A stretch of 64,000 nucleotides of DNA from Leucoraja erinacea (lineage: Eukaryota): the NCBI RefSeq assembly GCF_028641065.1, contig NC_073388.1:37820001-37884000 (forward strand), in the 5' to 3' direction. Shown piece by piece: positions 1 to 10,611 of this stretch (the first letter of the stretch is position 1; each line of letters starts with the position of its first letter). Both the position numbers and the translations under genes were made by a program. The notes below the pieces were generated by a model, which saw nothing but the letters and a program-made list of their open reading frames with translations, had not been told where the DNA came from and did no database searches.

Positions 1-1337
1 GCAGCACATTCTCTGCACAGTGAAATTATTTTCTTATGTACAGTTCAGTAAAGTATTGCAATACCTAAGCACATGACAATTAGCAAAGTGTACAGGAATA
101 GTCTACTGCATTCAAGAGCTGCCAGATATTGGCACCATTCTCAAAGTCCGGTTAATGCTCTAGTTCTTATGAGTGGTACCTGATCCAGACAGGCCCCAGG
201 CTGCTGCGGGCTTCCCGCCATTGACTGAAGGGTCTGTTTCCATGCTGTATGACCCGCTGACTCTACGGCTATGACATCCAAATTGTGCAGCTCTCTGAAA
301 GCTCTGGGATACCAGAATGTTTCATGGATTGATGGGTATTAGCGAGAAGGAGAGGTTGGAACCACTTTTGTACATTCCAAAGCCTCCACATCCTTCCTGG
401 AACAGGGCGACCAGAACGGCACACAATATTCTCCACTTTCTCTTTTTGGCTCTTCTTGACAATGTGTGTCCCTTTCACAGACACTGTATCCCCTCATTAA
501 ACAACAGGGAAAGCAGTTTGCGTTTTACTTTAGAGCAAAAATACCAAGAAACTCAAAATCTGAAGCAGGAGTAGAAAATGCTGGAACTATTCAGCAGGTG
601 AGGTAACATTTGTAGAGATAGAGACATGATATATGGCAACACTTCAATAAGACAATCGCTGTGAGATGTTGCTCAGTAGAAACTGCCTCCATGTTTATTC
701 CAATAACATTAACTACAACTCACAACTGGCCATGGAAAAAAATTGAGAAGTTCTGTGGAAGAACAATTTCCTTTCACTCCTGTGGAAATCTAATCGCTTC
801 TTCAATAAAACTTCCTTTGGTTGAGATCAAGACATATTGAGATAGAACATAGAGTACAGATTATGGATTCAGGGAAACCAATCAAAACTTTTTCAGGTAG
901 TCTAGATGTACCTCACCTTCTTCAAAGTATTAAAAGTTATACACCATAATTTTCGGCACTAACAGGGGACATAAGTCAGACAGACAGGAGATAATGGAAC
1001 TCAGAATATAAATGAGGTCATTTAATCACTTATGACCAGCCATGAAAAATGACCACTTTGACGCTTTTTATAGCTTTCTATTTTGCTTCACGCAAACTTA
1101 AATTAAGTTTCAGGGCACTTTTCTGTTGCTGTTTTTAATGTAAATTCTGGCAGCTGAAAATTGAAGTTTCAGATAGCCTCACTCTCCTGAACACCCTGAC
1201 TGTGCTTCAGGAAATAGTCACTCCCCAAACTGTGCAGAGAGTGAAACAGAGACGCTCACAGCTCCTCACTCCGGCTCCATTCTGGCGGGGATGGTGAATG
1301 GGACAGCCAGGCTTGGCTGATGTTGGATGCAGACATC

Positions 1338-1542
1338 AGGAACTACATGTATTGGAATATTGAGCAAAACACAAAGTGCTGGAGGAACTCCGAAGGTCAG
1401 GCAGCATCTGGGGAGAGAATGGACAGGTGGCGTTTTGGGTCGCGACCCTTATTCATTCCCTTACACAGATGCTGCCCGAGCTACAGAGTTACTCCAGCAC
1501 TTTGCGTTTTGTTTCAGATTTTAGCATCTGCAGTCTCTTGTG
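1338..1542. mobile_element. Palindromic Penelope-tail element
   Basis: caaaacacaaagtgctggaggaactc ... gagttactccagcactttgcgttttg; degenerate hammerhead segment ggcgttttgggtcgcgaccctt. Confidence 0.6.
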
Positions 1543-1795
1543 GCACCACTCACGTTAGAGAGTCTTGCATCAGTGAAGGTGGAGCTGCAGCTGTTGTTTA
1601 GATGGGACCCCTGCAAGACATGACGTGGTCCCCCACATAGACCCTGGTGCATCACCATCCCACTGCAGGCAACTCAGATAGTAGAGGTAGAAGCAAGAAG
1701 TAGAGATAGAAGCAAGGGAAAAGCCTTGTGGAAACAAGGAACTGCAGGTGCTGCTTTACAAAAAAAAGCAGTCCGCATCACTGGAGAACTGGGGT

Positions 1796-3348
1796 AGAAA
1801 CAAAGAAACATAGAAAATAGGTGCAGGAGTAGGCCATTCGGCCCTTCGAGCCTGCACCGCCATTCAATATGATCATCCCTCAGTATCCTGTACCTGCCTT
1901 CTCTCAATACCCCCTGATCCCTTTAGCCACAAGGGCCACATCTAAATCCCTCTTAAATATCGCCAATGAACTGGCCTCAACTACCTTCTGTGGCAGAGAA
2001 TTCCAGAGATTCACCACTGTGTGAAAAATGTTTTTCTCATCTCAGTCCTAAAAGATTTCCCCCTTTTCCGTAAACTGTGACCCCTTGTTCTGAACTTCCC
2101 CAACATCAGGAACAATCTTCCTGCATCTGGCCTGTCCAACCCCTTAAGAATTTTGTAAATTTCTATAAGATCCCCCCTTCAATCTTCTAAATTCTAGCGA
2201 GTACAAGCCGAGTCTATCCAGCCTTTCTTCATATGAAAGTCCTGACATCCCAGGAATCAGTCTGGTGAACCTTCTCTGTACTCCCTCTATGGCAAGAATG
2301 TCTTTCCTCAGATTAGGAGACCAAAACTGTACGCAATACTCCAAGGTGTGGTCTCACCAAGACCCTGTACAACTGCAGTAGAACCTCGCTGCTCCTATAC
2401 TCAAATCCCTTTGCTATGAATGCTAACATACCATTGGCTTTCTTCACTGCCTGCTGCACCTGCATGCCTACGTTCAATGACTGGTGTACCATGACACCCA
2501 GGTCTCGTTGCATCTCCCCTTTGCCTAATCGGCCACCATTCAGATATTAGTCTACTTTCCTGTTTTTGCCACCAAAGTGGATAACCTCACATTTATCCAC
2601 ATTATACTGCATCTGCCATGCCTTTGCCCACTCACCCACCCTATCCAAGTCACCTTGCAGCCTCCTAGCTTCCTCCTCACAGCTAACACTGCCCCCCAGC
2701 TTCGTGTCATCCACAAACTTGGAGATGTTGCATTCAATTCCCTCGTCCAAATCATTAATATATATTGTAAATAGCTGGGGTCCCAGCACTGAGCCTTGCG
2801 GTACCCCACTAGTCACTGCCTGCCTGCCATTCTGAAAAGGACCCGTTTACTCCTACTCTTTGCTTCCTGTCTGCCAGCCAGTTCTCTATCCACATCAATA
2901 CTGAACCCCCTATACCGTGTGCTTTAAGTTTGTATACTAATCTCTTATGTGGGACCTTGTCGAAAGCCTTCTGAGAGTCCAGATATAACACATCCACTGG
3001 TTCTCCCTTATCCACTCTACTAGTTACATCCTCGAAAAATTCTATAAGATTCGTCAGATGTGATTTACCTTTCATAAATCCATGCTGACTTTGTCCAATG
3101 ATTTCACCAATTTCCAAATGTGCTGCTATCCCATCTTTAAGAACTGACTCTAGCAGTTTCCCCACTACCGATGTTAGACTAACTGGTCTGTAATTCCCCG
3201 CTTTCTATCTCTCTCCCTTTTTAAAAAGTGGGGTTACATTAGCTACCCTCCAATCCTCAGGAACTGCTCCAGAATCTAAAGAGTTTTGAAAAATTATCAC
3301 TAATGCATCCACTATTTCTGGGGCTACTTCCTTAAGTACTCTGGGATG
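1796..3348 (-). mobile_element. CR1-clade LINE (HER1-like), 5'-truncated and frameshifted
   Basis: RT fragments [60 protein letters not shown]; AGAAACAT-type tail. Confidence 0.92.
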
Positions 3349-3514
3349 GGTAATGTTTCAGGTCGGGACCCTTCTTCAGGCAGATGTGGTGGGGGGGGGG
3401 GGGGGGGGGGAGAAAGCTGGAGGAGAGGAGGGTCAGGACAAAGCATGGCAGGTAATAGGCAAACACAGGCGAGGGGGATTCTGACAGATAGTTGGACAAA
3501 GGCTAGTGAACCTA

Positions 3515-3772
3515 GGGGGTGGCACAGTAATAGAGTTGTGGCCTTACAGCACCAGCAGTGGTAGAGTCGCTGCCTTACAGTGCCAGATACCCGGGTTCGA
3601 TCCTGACTGCGAGTGCTGTCTGTACGGAGTTTGTACGTTCTCCCTGTGACCTTGTGGGTTTTCTCCGGGTGCTCCGGTTTCCTCCCACACTCCAAAGGCG
3701 TGCAAGTCTGTAGGATAATTGGCTTCTGTAAATTGTAAATTGTCCCTAGCGTGTAGGATAGTGCTGGTGTAC
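3515..3772 (+). mobile_element. tRNA-derived V-SINE (HE1-like), 3'-truncated
   Basis: Pol III boxes ggtagag / gggttcgatcc; core gggttttctccgggtgctccggtttcctcccacactccaaag. Confidence 0.85.
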
Positions 3773-3792
3773 ATGGCGAAAAAAAGTCTCAC

Positions 3793-3991
3793 CTTCTAGC
3801 GGTTTGGGGAGGAAGTGGGCGGCTGGTTTGTTTTTCTTCACATGGTTGCCCTTCATGATCTCACCCTCCTTGTTGAGACCCAGATACCAGCCTCTGCCAG
3901 ATTGCTGCTGTCGGTACAACATAGACGAGTAGGTCACATAGTAGTTTTCAAACACTGACTCTTTGAACCTGCATTCGGGGGTGAAGTGTTC
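3793..3991 (-). CDS. FGF13: Internal coding exon (equivalent to exon 4) of intracellular fibroblast growth factor FGF13 (FHF2)
   Basis: Translates as [66 protein letters not shown], nearly identical to vertebrate FGF13. Acceptor is tttgaacAG after a pyrimidine tract; donor is GTgag. Length 199 bp, phase 0 to 1. Confidence 0.93.
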
Positions 3992-4925
3992 CTGTTCAAA
4001 GAGAAAAAAACAGAGGAGACGTTAACTTTTTCACACAATCCACAGTTTCTCAGAGAAAGTTATTGTGTGCCAAGACATTTTTTACATGATTCTGTAAAAA
4101 AAGGCACATGGTGCGAGAGTATCTCAGCGGATCAGGCAGTATCTCTGGAGGACACCTCTGGAGGACACGTTCCAGGATGAGACCCTTCTTCAGATTCCTA
4201 TTAGAAGTATATAAAATTATGGCCTATCCATGTTCTCCAGAGATGCTGCCTGACCCGCTGAGTTACTCCAGTACTTTGTGTTATTTTAGTGAACTGGCAA
4301 TTTGCAGTTCCTTGTATTACCATGTTTGAACCATGTTTGAACCATTTGACAGCTGGAGGTAGCTGCTCCCTACGTACAGTTAGCTACCTCATCCATTTGC
4401 ACAAAGAAAGTCCTGGACAGAGCGAGCAAGGACACTATGTTTCCATTAGTGGGAGAGTTCTTGAGAATTTTCCACCCAGAGGAACTATGGTGGCAGTGGG
4501 GCTAAACTGATGGGTGCACTCTCCCACACTCCTTACAACCCTTCTGAGACATTCCTTGCAGTGCCTAAGGACTTCCTGGTTCAAGTGGAAGCCCTCTTCT
4601 TCTTCAGGAAGCACAGAGGAGTTTAATGTTGTTTATTGGGACAACCATCCTCCCTTCAATCTCTGGTATTAGAGCAGTAGGTCGCAGTAGATAGGAAAAG
4701 GTAAGTTAAATTTACATCAGGAGTCATCGCAATGCACAGCCACAGAAACAGGCCCTCCAGCCCATCTTATCGAAGCTGATTGTGATGTCTATCACTGCTA
4801 ATCCCCACCTGCCTGCATTGGGTCCATATCTCTCTGCATCTCTCCCATCCTTGTTGGATGCACATCTGCTTTTAAAGTTACATAAACACACATGTAAGCA
4901 CAACAGTTCAATGTCCAACCAGGAT

Positions 4926-5205
4926 TTAGTTTACAGATACAGCACAGAAACAGACCCTTCGGCTCACCGGGTCCATGGACCACCCATTCACACTAGTTGC
5001 GTGTTATCCCACTTTTTGCATCCTTTCCCTGCATATTAGGGGCAATTTACAGAAGCCAATTAACTTACAAACCCGAGTGTCTTTGGGATGTGGGAGGAAA
5101 CCGGAGCTCCCGGAGGGAACTCATGTGATCACAGGGAGAACATGCAAACTCCACACAGACGGCAGCTGAGGTCCGGATCGAACCCAGGTGCTGTGAAGCA
5201 GCAGC
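4926..5205 (-). mobile_element. V-SINE (HE1-like)
   Basis: Reverse complement of the SINE core, ctttgggatgtgggaggaaaccggagc. Confidence 0.8.
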
Positions 5206-5841
5206 CTATTTCACACCAACCTCTGATAAAGCTAGAGGGTAGAGATGCCCTCCTTGTGCCAGACACTGGCGGATACACACTCCACCACACGCTCTCCACA
5301 CTCCCGCCAGGGGAGGTTGCTCCAGGCCACTTATCTCACCACCTCCTGAAAGTGAAGTATCCATCACAGCTCGCATAGACAAAGAGTTGGAATCTCCAGC
5401 TGCACAGTGGGTGCCGTTAGTCAACCAATTCACAGTATGATTTATGTCCTGACAAATCTGCTTTGTAGAATGCCAACTCTCCTTATTTCACTCCTCCAGG
5501 GAAAATCACAAATGCAAAACAACCCTCCCCGTCGATCTACGTTCCAGGAAAGGACTTCTAAAATGCACAATGCCTGTCTGAGGTAAAGGATCCTGACCCA
5601 AAACGTTACCTGCCCATTCCCTCCATAGATGCTGCCTGACCAGCTGAGTTCCACTAGTGCTTTGTGTGGTGCCATCTTCCTGCTAGATCTTTTATCGGTA
5701 ATCTTGTCACAAGCAAGCGCGTGTTTTTTTTGCTCCCGATTCCAGCATCTGCTATTCATGTGTCTCCATTTTGCTGTTGTGTGTATGAAGGAACTGCGTA
5801 TGCTGGTTTAAACCGAAGATAGACACAAAAAGCTGGAGGAA

Positions 5842-6076
5842 AGGGCCTGTCCCACTTGCGCGTCATTTGCACGTCATGTATATGGCGCGCAAAGATTTTG
5901 TACATCAGAAATCCTGGGGCGCTGCGCGTGACCGCCCGTCACGGCCTAAGTCACCACGCACCATGCGCGCGTAATGCATCATCACGTGCGCGTCACGACG
6001 CATGAGTCGTGCGTTGTGACGCGTAAATTATGTTGCGTAAATGAAGAGCAAATGACGCCCAAGTGGGGCAGTCCCT
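5842..6076. mobile_element. PIF/Harbinger-like MITE inserted into the Penelope tail
   Basis: Terminal inverted repeats (TIRs) agggcctgtcccactt / aagtggggcagtccct; splits the host ggag-TAA-c motif (gaa/taa TSD); CpG-rich interior. Confidence 0.75.
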
Positions 6077-6117
6077 TAACACAGCAGGACAGGCAGCATC
6101 TCTGGAGAGAAGGAATG

Positions 6118-6152
6118 GGTGACTTTTCGGGTCGAGACCCTTCTTCAGACTG
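6118..6152 (-). ncRNA. Minimal type I hammerhead ribozyme-like motif in the Penelope 3' tail
   Basis: Minus strand: cagu CUGAAGA a GGGU-cucg-ACCC GAAA a GUC acc. Confidence 0.6.
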
Positions 6153-8076
6153 ATTAAGGATGAGAGAAACGATGGTGATGTGGGGAGAAGAAGTACAATG
6201 AAATGATATGCAAAAAAGTAGCAATGATAAAGAAAACAGGCCATTGTTAGCTGTTTGTAGGGTGAAAATGAGAAACTAGTGCGACTTGGGTGGGGGAGGG
6301 ACAGAGAGAGAGGAAATATTGGGGCTGCCTGAAGTGAGAGAATTCAATATTTATACCACTGGGCTGTAAGCTGTCCAAGCAAAATATGAGATGCTGTTCC
6401 TCCAATTTGCATTTTGCCTCACTCTGACAATGGAGGAGACAGGACAGAAAGGTCTGTGTACGAATGGGAAGGAGAATTAAAGTGTCCAGCAACCGGAAGA
6501 TCAGGTAGTTCAGGCGGACTGAGCGAAGGTGTTCCGTGAAACGATCGCCCAGTCTGTGTTTGGTCTCGCCGATGTATGTGAGTCCACATCTTGGACAATG
6601 GAGACAGTAGTTGAGGTTGGGGGAAGTGCAAGTGAACCTCTGTCTAACCTGAAAGGACTGTCGGGGGTCCTTGGACAGTCGAGGGAGGAGGTATAGCGAC
6701 AGGTGTTATATCTTCTGTGGTTGCAGGGAAAGGTACCTGGGGAGAGGGTGGTTTGGGTGGGAAGGGATGAGTTAAACAGGGAGTTGCGGAGGGACCAGTC
6801 TCTGCGGAAGGCGGAAAGGGGTGGAGATGGAAAAATGTGGCTCGTTGGAGGTGGATCCCGTTGGAGGTGGCGGAATTTCGGAGGATTATAAGTTGTATGC
6901 GACGGCTGATAGGGTGGATGGGAGAGGGGAATCCCCATTCCCTAAGGTTGAGAACATCTCGGATGTCCTAGTATAGAACACCTCATCTTGGGCGCAGATA
7001 CGGTGTAGACGGAGGAATTGGGAGTAGGTGATAGAGTCTTTGCAGGAAGCACAGTGGGAAGAAGTGTAGTTGAGGTAGCTGTGGGAGTCGGCGGGTTTGT
7101 AATAGACATCAGTCACTAGTCCATTTCCTGTGATGTAGACTGTGAGATCAAGAAAGGGGACGAAGGTGTTGGAGATGGTGCAAGTAAATTTGAGTGCAGG
7201 ATGAAAATTGGTGGTGTAGTTGATGAAGCCCTTGAGTTCTGCATGGGTGCAGGAGGTGCTACCTCCTGTACCCATGCTCCCTCGTGCTACCTCATGTATG
7301 AGCCACAAATGTAGCTATGAGCCACATTTACCCATCTCCGCCTCTTTCCGCCTTCTGAAGAGACTGGTTCCTCTGCAACTCCCTGGTTAATTCATCCCGA
7401 TGCAGTGATCACTGTAACGGAGATAGAGTTTGGGGGATAGGGCCAGTGTATGCCTGGAACAGGGAATATTCAATGTGCCCTACATAGAGGCAGGCATAGC
7501 TGGGGACCATGCAGGTGCCCATAGCTACGCCTTGGACTTGGGGGAAGTTGGAGAAGTCAAAGGAGAAGTCCTTTCAGGTTAGACAGAGGTTCACTTGCAC
7601 CTCCTCCAACCTTATCTACTGTATCGATTGTTCAAGATGTGGACTCTTATACATTGGCGAGATCAAACGCAGACTGGGCGATCATTTCGTGGAACACCTT
7701 CGCTCAGCCCGCCTGAACCAACCTGATCTCCCGGTTGCTGGACACCTTAATTCTCCTTCCTATTCCTACACAGACCTTTCTGTCCTCGTTCTCCTCCATT
7801 GTCAGAGTGAGGCTGAACGCAAATTGGAGGAAAAGCATTTCACACAGTATTTCACTTGGGCAAAATAGTGACATGAATTTTGATTCATCTCACTTCAGGT
7901 AGCCCCGGCATTCCCTCTCTCTCTATCCATCCCCCACCCAAGTCGCACTAGCTTCTCATTTTCATCCTACAAACAGCTAACAGCTTTGTCATCATTACTT
8001 TTTTACATATCTTTCATTCATTGTTCTTTATCTCTCCACATCATCTTCTATATCTCTCGTTTCCCTTATCCCTAAC

Positions 8077-8111
8077 CAGTCGGAAGAAGGATCTCGATCC
8101 GAAACGTCACC
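8077..8111 (+). ncRNA. Hammerhead-like motif in the inverted Penelope tail (core U4 mutated)
   Basis: cagu CGGAAGA a GGAU-cucg-AUCC GAAAC GUC acc; stem II shows a compensatory base-pair change. Confidence 0.5.
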
Positions 8112-8854
8112 CATTCCTTCGCTCCAGAGACGCTGCTTGTGCCACTGAGTTCCTCCAGCTTTTTGTGCCTATCTTCTTTTTTGCTGTCGTTTGTTGATGA
8201 ATTTCTGTGGCAGTGACCTGCGCTTTGCTCCTGTGCTCATCAAAACTTGTTGTCACCTCTTTGAAACTTTCAGTCAGATTGGTCAGATAAGATCTCGGCT
8301 AAACATAGCCAGGCTGACTGCCTCTGATTAATGTAGAAACAAGGAACTGCAGATGCTGGTTTACAAGCAAAAAAGCTGCTGGAGTAACTTAGGCAGCATC
8401 CTGGGAGAAGTTGTTCATGAAGGGACTAGATACGGTGAATTGTCAGAGTATTTTACCCAGGGAAGGGGAATCAAGAAACAGAGGACATAGGTTTAAAGTA
8501 AGGGGGGCAAGATTTAATACATAACTCATGGGCAACTTTTTCACACAGAGGGTGGTGGGTGTATGGAACGAGCTGCCAGAGGAGGTAGTTGAGGTTGGTA
8601 CTATCACAACATTTAAAAGACATTTGGACAGGTACATGGATAGGAGAGGGATATGGGCCAAATGTGGGCAGGTGAGACTAGCTTAGATAGGGCATCTTGG
8701 TCAGCCTGGACGTGTTGGGTTGAAGGGCCTGTGTGACTTTATGACTCTGTTACTAGGTGATTGCACGCTAGAATGGTCCTGGCCAGGGGGAGTGAGAAAT
8801 GACAGATGATTCTGCTTTGAGTTCCTAAGGATGTGCATCAGCCCTGGGCATGCA

Positions 8855-8879
8855 TTTAGTTTAGTTTAGTTTAGTTTAG

Positions 8880-8911
<32 letters not shown>

Positions 8912-9957
8912 TCATGTGTATCGAGGTACAATGAAAAGCTTTTTGTTGCATGCTAACTAGTCAGCGGAAAGACTATACATGATTACAATCAAGCCGTCCA
9001 CAGTGTACAGATACATGATATAAAGAATAGCATTTAGTCCAAGATAAAGTCCAGTAAAGTCCGATTAAAGATAGTCCGAGGGTCTCCATAAAGTGCAAGT
9101 GAAATGAATTTGCCAGCAGCGGTACAATGAAAAAGAACACAATAAATTTAACACAAACATCCACCACAGCATTCATCATTGTGGTGGAAGGCACAAAATT
9201 TGGCCAGTCCTCCTCCATTTTCCCCCGTGGTCGGGACCTCAACCCTCCACAGCCGCCGCTGCGGGCGTCCAGATGAATGAAAGTCAAGGTAAGTCCTGAA
9301 ACGGTGCCTCCCCCCACCGGAGACCGCGGCTTCAGGTTGGTGTAGGCCGCAGGCCTGCGGTCGGAGATTTAAAGTCCCTGCCGTTCCGCAGCCAGAAGCA
9401 CCGCAGACCGCTGGGCTGGTGTCGAAGTTCCCCTCCAGGGGTGCCCGGCGAGGGACCCCGCTCCTGATGGTAAGTCCACGCCGCGCCCGCGGTAGAAATA
9501 GGCCACGGGCCGGCGGTCAGAGCTCTTCTCCTCCCGGGTCCCCAACAAGGGATCCCAGGCTCCTGTCGCCGTGCCAGCTGGAGCTCTGCAGACCGCGGCT
9601 TCAGGCTGCCGCGGGCCAGCAAAACGGAGCGCTCCCCTCCGGTGAGCCCTGGCGCGGGCTCGCCCGCTCCACGCCGAGAGTCCACGCTGCACCCGCCGCT
9701 GAAGCCTCGGGCGCGTCTCCGGGAAAGGCCGCACCGATCCTCGATGTTAGACCACGGGGGAGGCGACATGGACAAAGTCGCCTCTCCGTGGAGAAGGCGA
9801 CAAAAACGGTTTCTCCCTTGCCCTCCCACATCACCCCCCACACAAAACACACAGAGACATTAAAAACATACATTTGAACACACTGAAAAAATCAAAAAAG
9901 TAGAAAAAAACGGACACGCTGCTGGCAGGGCTGCCAGCTTGCAGCGCCCCCACCGAT
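8855..9957 (-). mobile_element. Non-autonomous GC-rich retroelement joined to a Rex1-like 3' tail ending in (CTAAA)n
   Basis: CpG-rich non-coding body at ~9230-9850; tail acacatgacaataaactaaactaaact; a related copy at 48530-48920. Confidence 0.55.
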
Positions 9958-10450
9958 TTTTGATCCTATTTATAGTCAGGAGCCAACATCTGGAATCAGG
10001 ACCGTGTGTAGTTTCCCCTCTGGTGTGTCCTTGCAGCGGCAAACAGCTGTCACCTGTGTTGGCACCAGCTGCAGAACGTTGAACGCGCCAAGGATAGCGG
10101 CACAGTTGCAGGGCAGTGACCTGGTCAGACATGGACGCCTGCAAACCCTTACACTCCAGTTATACATTGCAGAGTGCGAGCGAGCGAGGGACTGATGGAG
10201 GAGCAGAGGTCACTGGTCCCCGGCCACTGGTGGTGTTGGTTCATTACCTTCCTGTGTACCGAGTACAACAGCTCGAGTTTATTTCTTTGATTAATTTTTA
10301 TTTTCCTGTTGGTTAATCTGTACTCATGTGTTCAACGCTTCCTCAACGGCTGGCAGCACAACGGTGAGCAGGTGTGTTTCTGTAAGTGTGGTCTGAGTGA
10401 GGGAGCAGGTGTGTGCATCAAAATTACATCCTGTCGGTATGTACACTAGC

Positions 10451-10510
10451 TGTATGTATGTATGTATGTATGTATGTATGTATGTATGTATGTATGTATG
10501 TATGTATGTA
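10451..10510. repeat. (TGTA)n microsatellite
   Basis: Perfect tetranucleotide run. Confidence 0.97.
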
Positions 10511-10611
10511 TATATGTGTAAGTCAATGTCAAAATACGTGCCAATGTGAATATGAGATCTGAACCTGAGAACACTGTATACCTGTGGAAGCAACTATTAG
10601 TTAAGGTGTGC

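Larger units (their letters stand above)
5781..8178 (-). mobile_element. 5'-truncated Penelope-like retroelement (RT C-terminus plus GIY-YIG endonuclease) with inverted copy of its 3' tail
   Basis: Minus strand carries QVQGVAMGTCMVPSYACLY (RT motif, ~7470-7540) and NFHPALKFT...VPFLDL...DVYYKPADSHSYL...YSQFLRLHRIC (6886-7308). The plus-strand ORF 7509-7868 has CTSSNLIYCIDCSRCGLLYIGEIKRRLGDHFVEH (GIY-YIG). ~7567-8176 is the reverse complement of ~5815-6660. Flanks are ttttgctgttgt (5769-5780) and ttttgctgtcgt (8179-8190). Confidence 0.85.

Noticed and set aside
269-574. Short ORFs near the window start as a candidate last FGF13 exon
   Set aside because: No match to VAMY(K/R)EPSLHD; the last exon probably lies left of the window.
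3769-3792. FAMY just after exon 4, resembling the VAMY start of the last FHF exon
   Set aside because: It overlaps the SINE end, has no acceptor or plausible intron, and is not followed by the expected KEPSLHD-like sequence.
9332-9877. Overlapping 120-170 aa ORFs on both strands
   Set aside because: GC-rich repeat with few stop codons and no recognisable domain.
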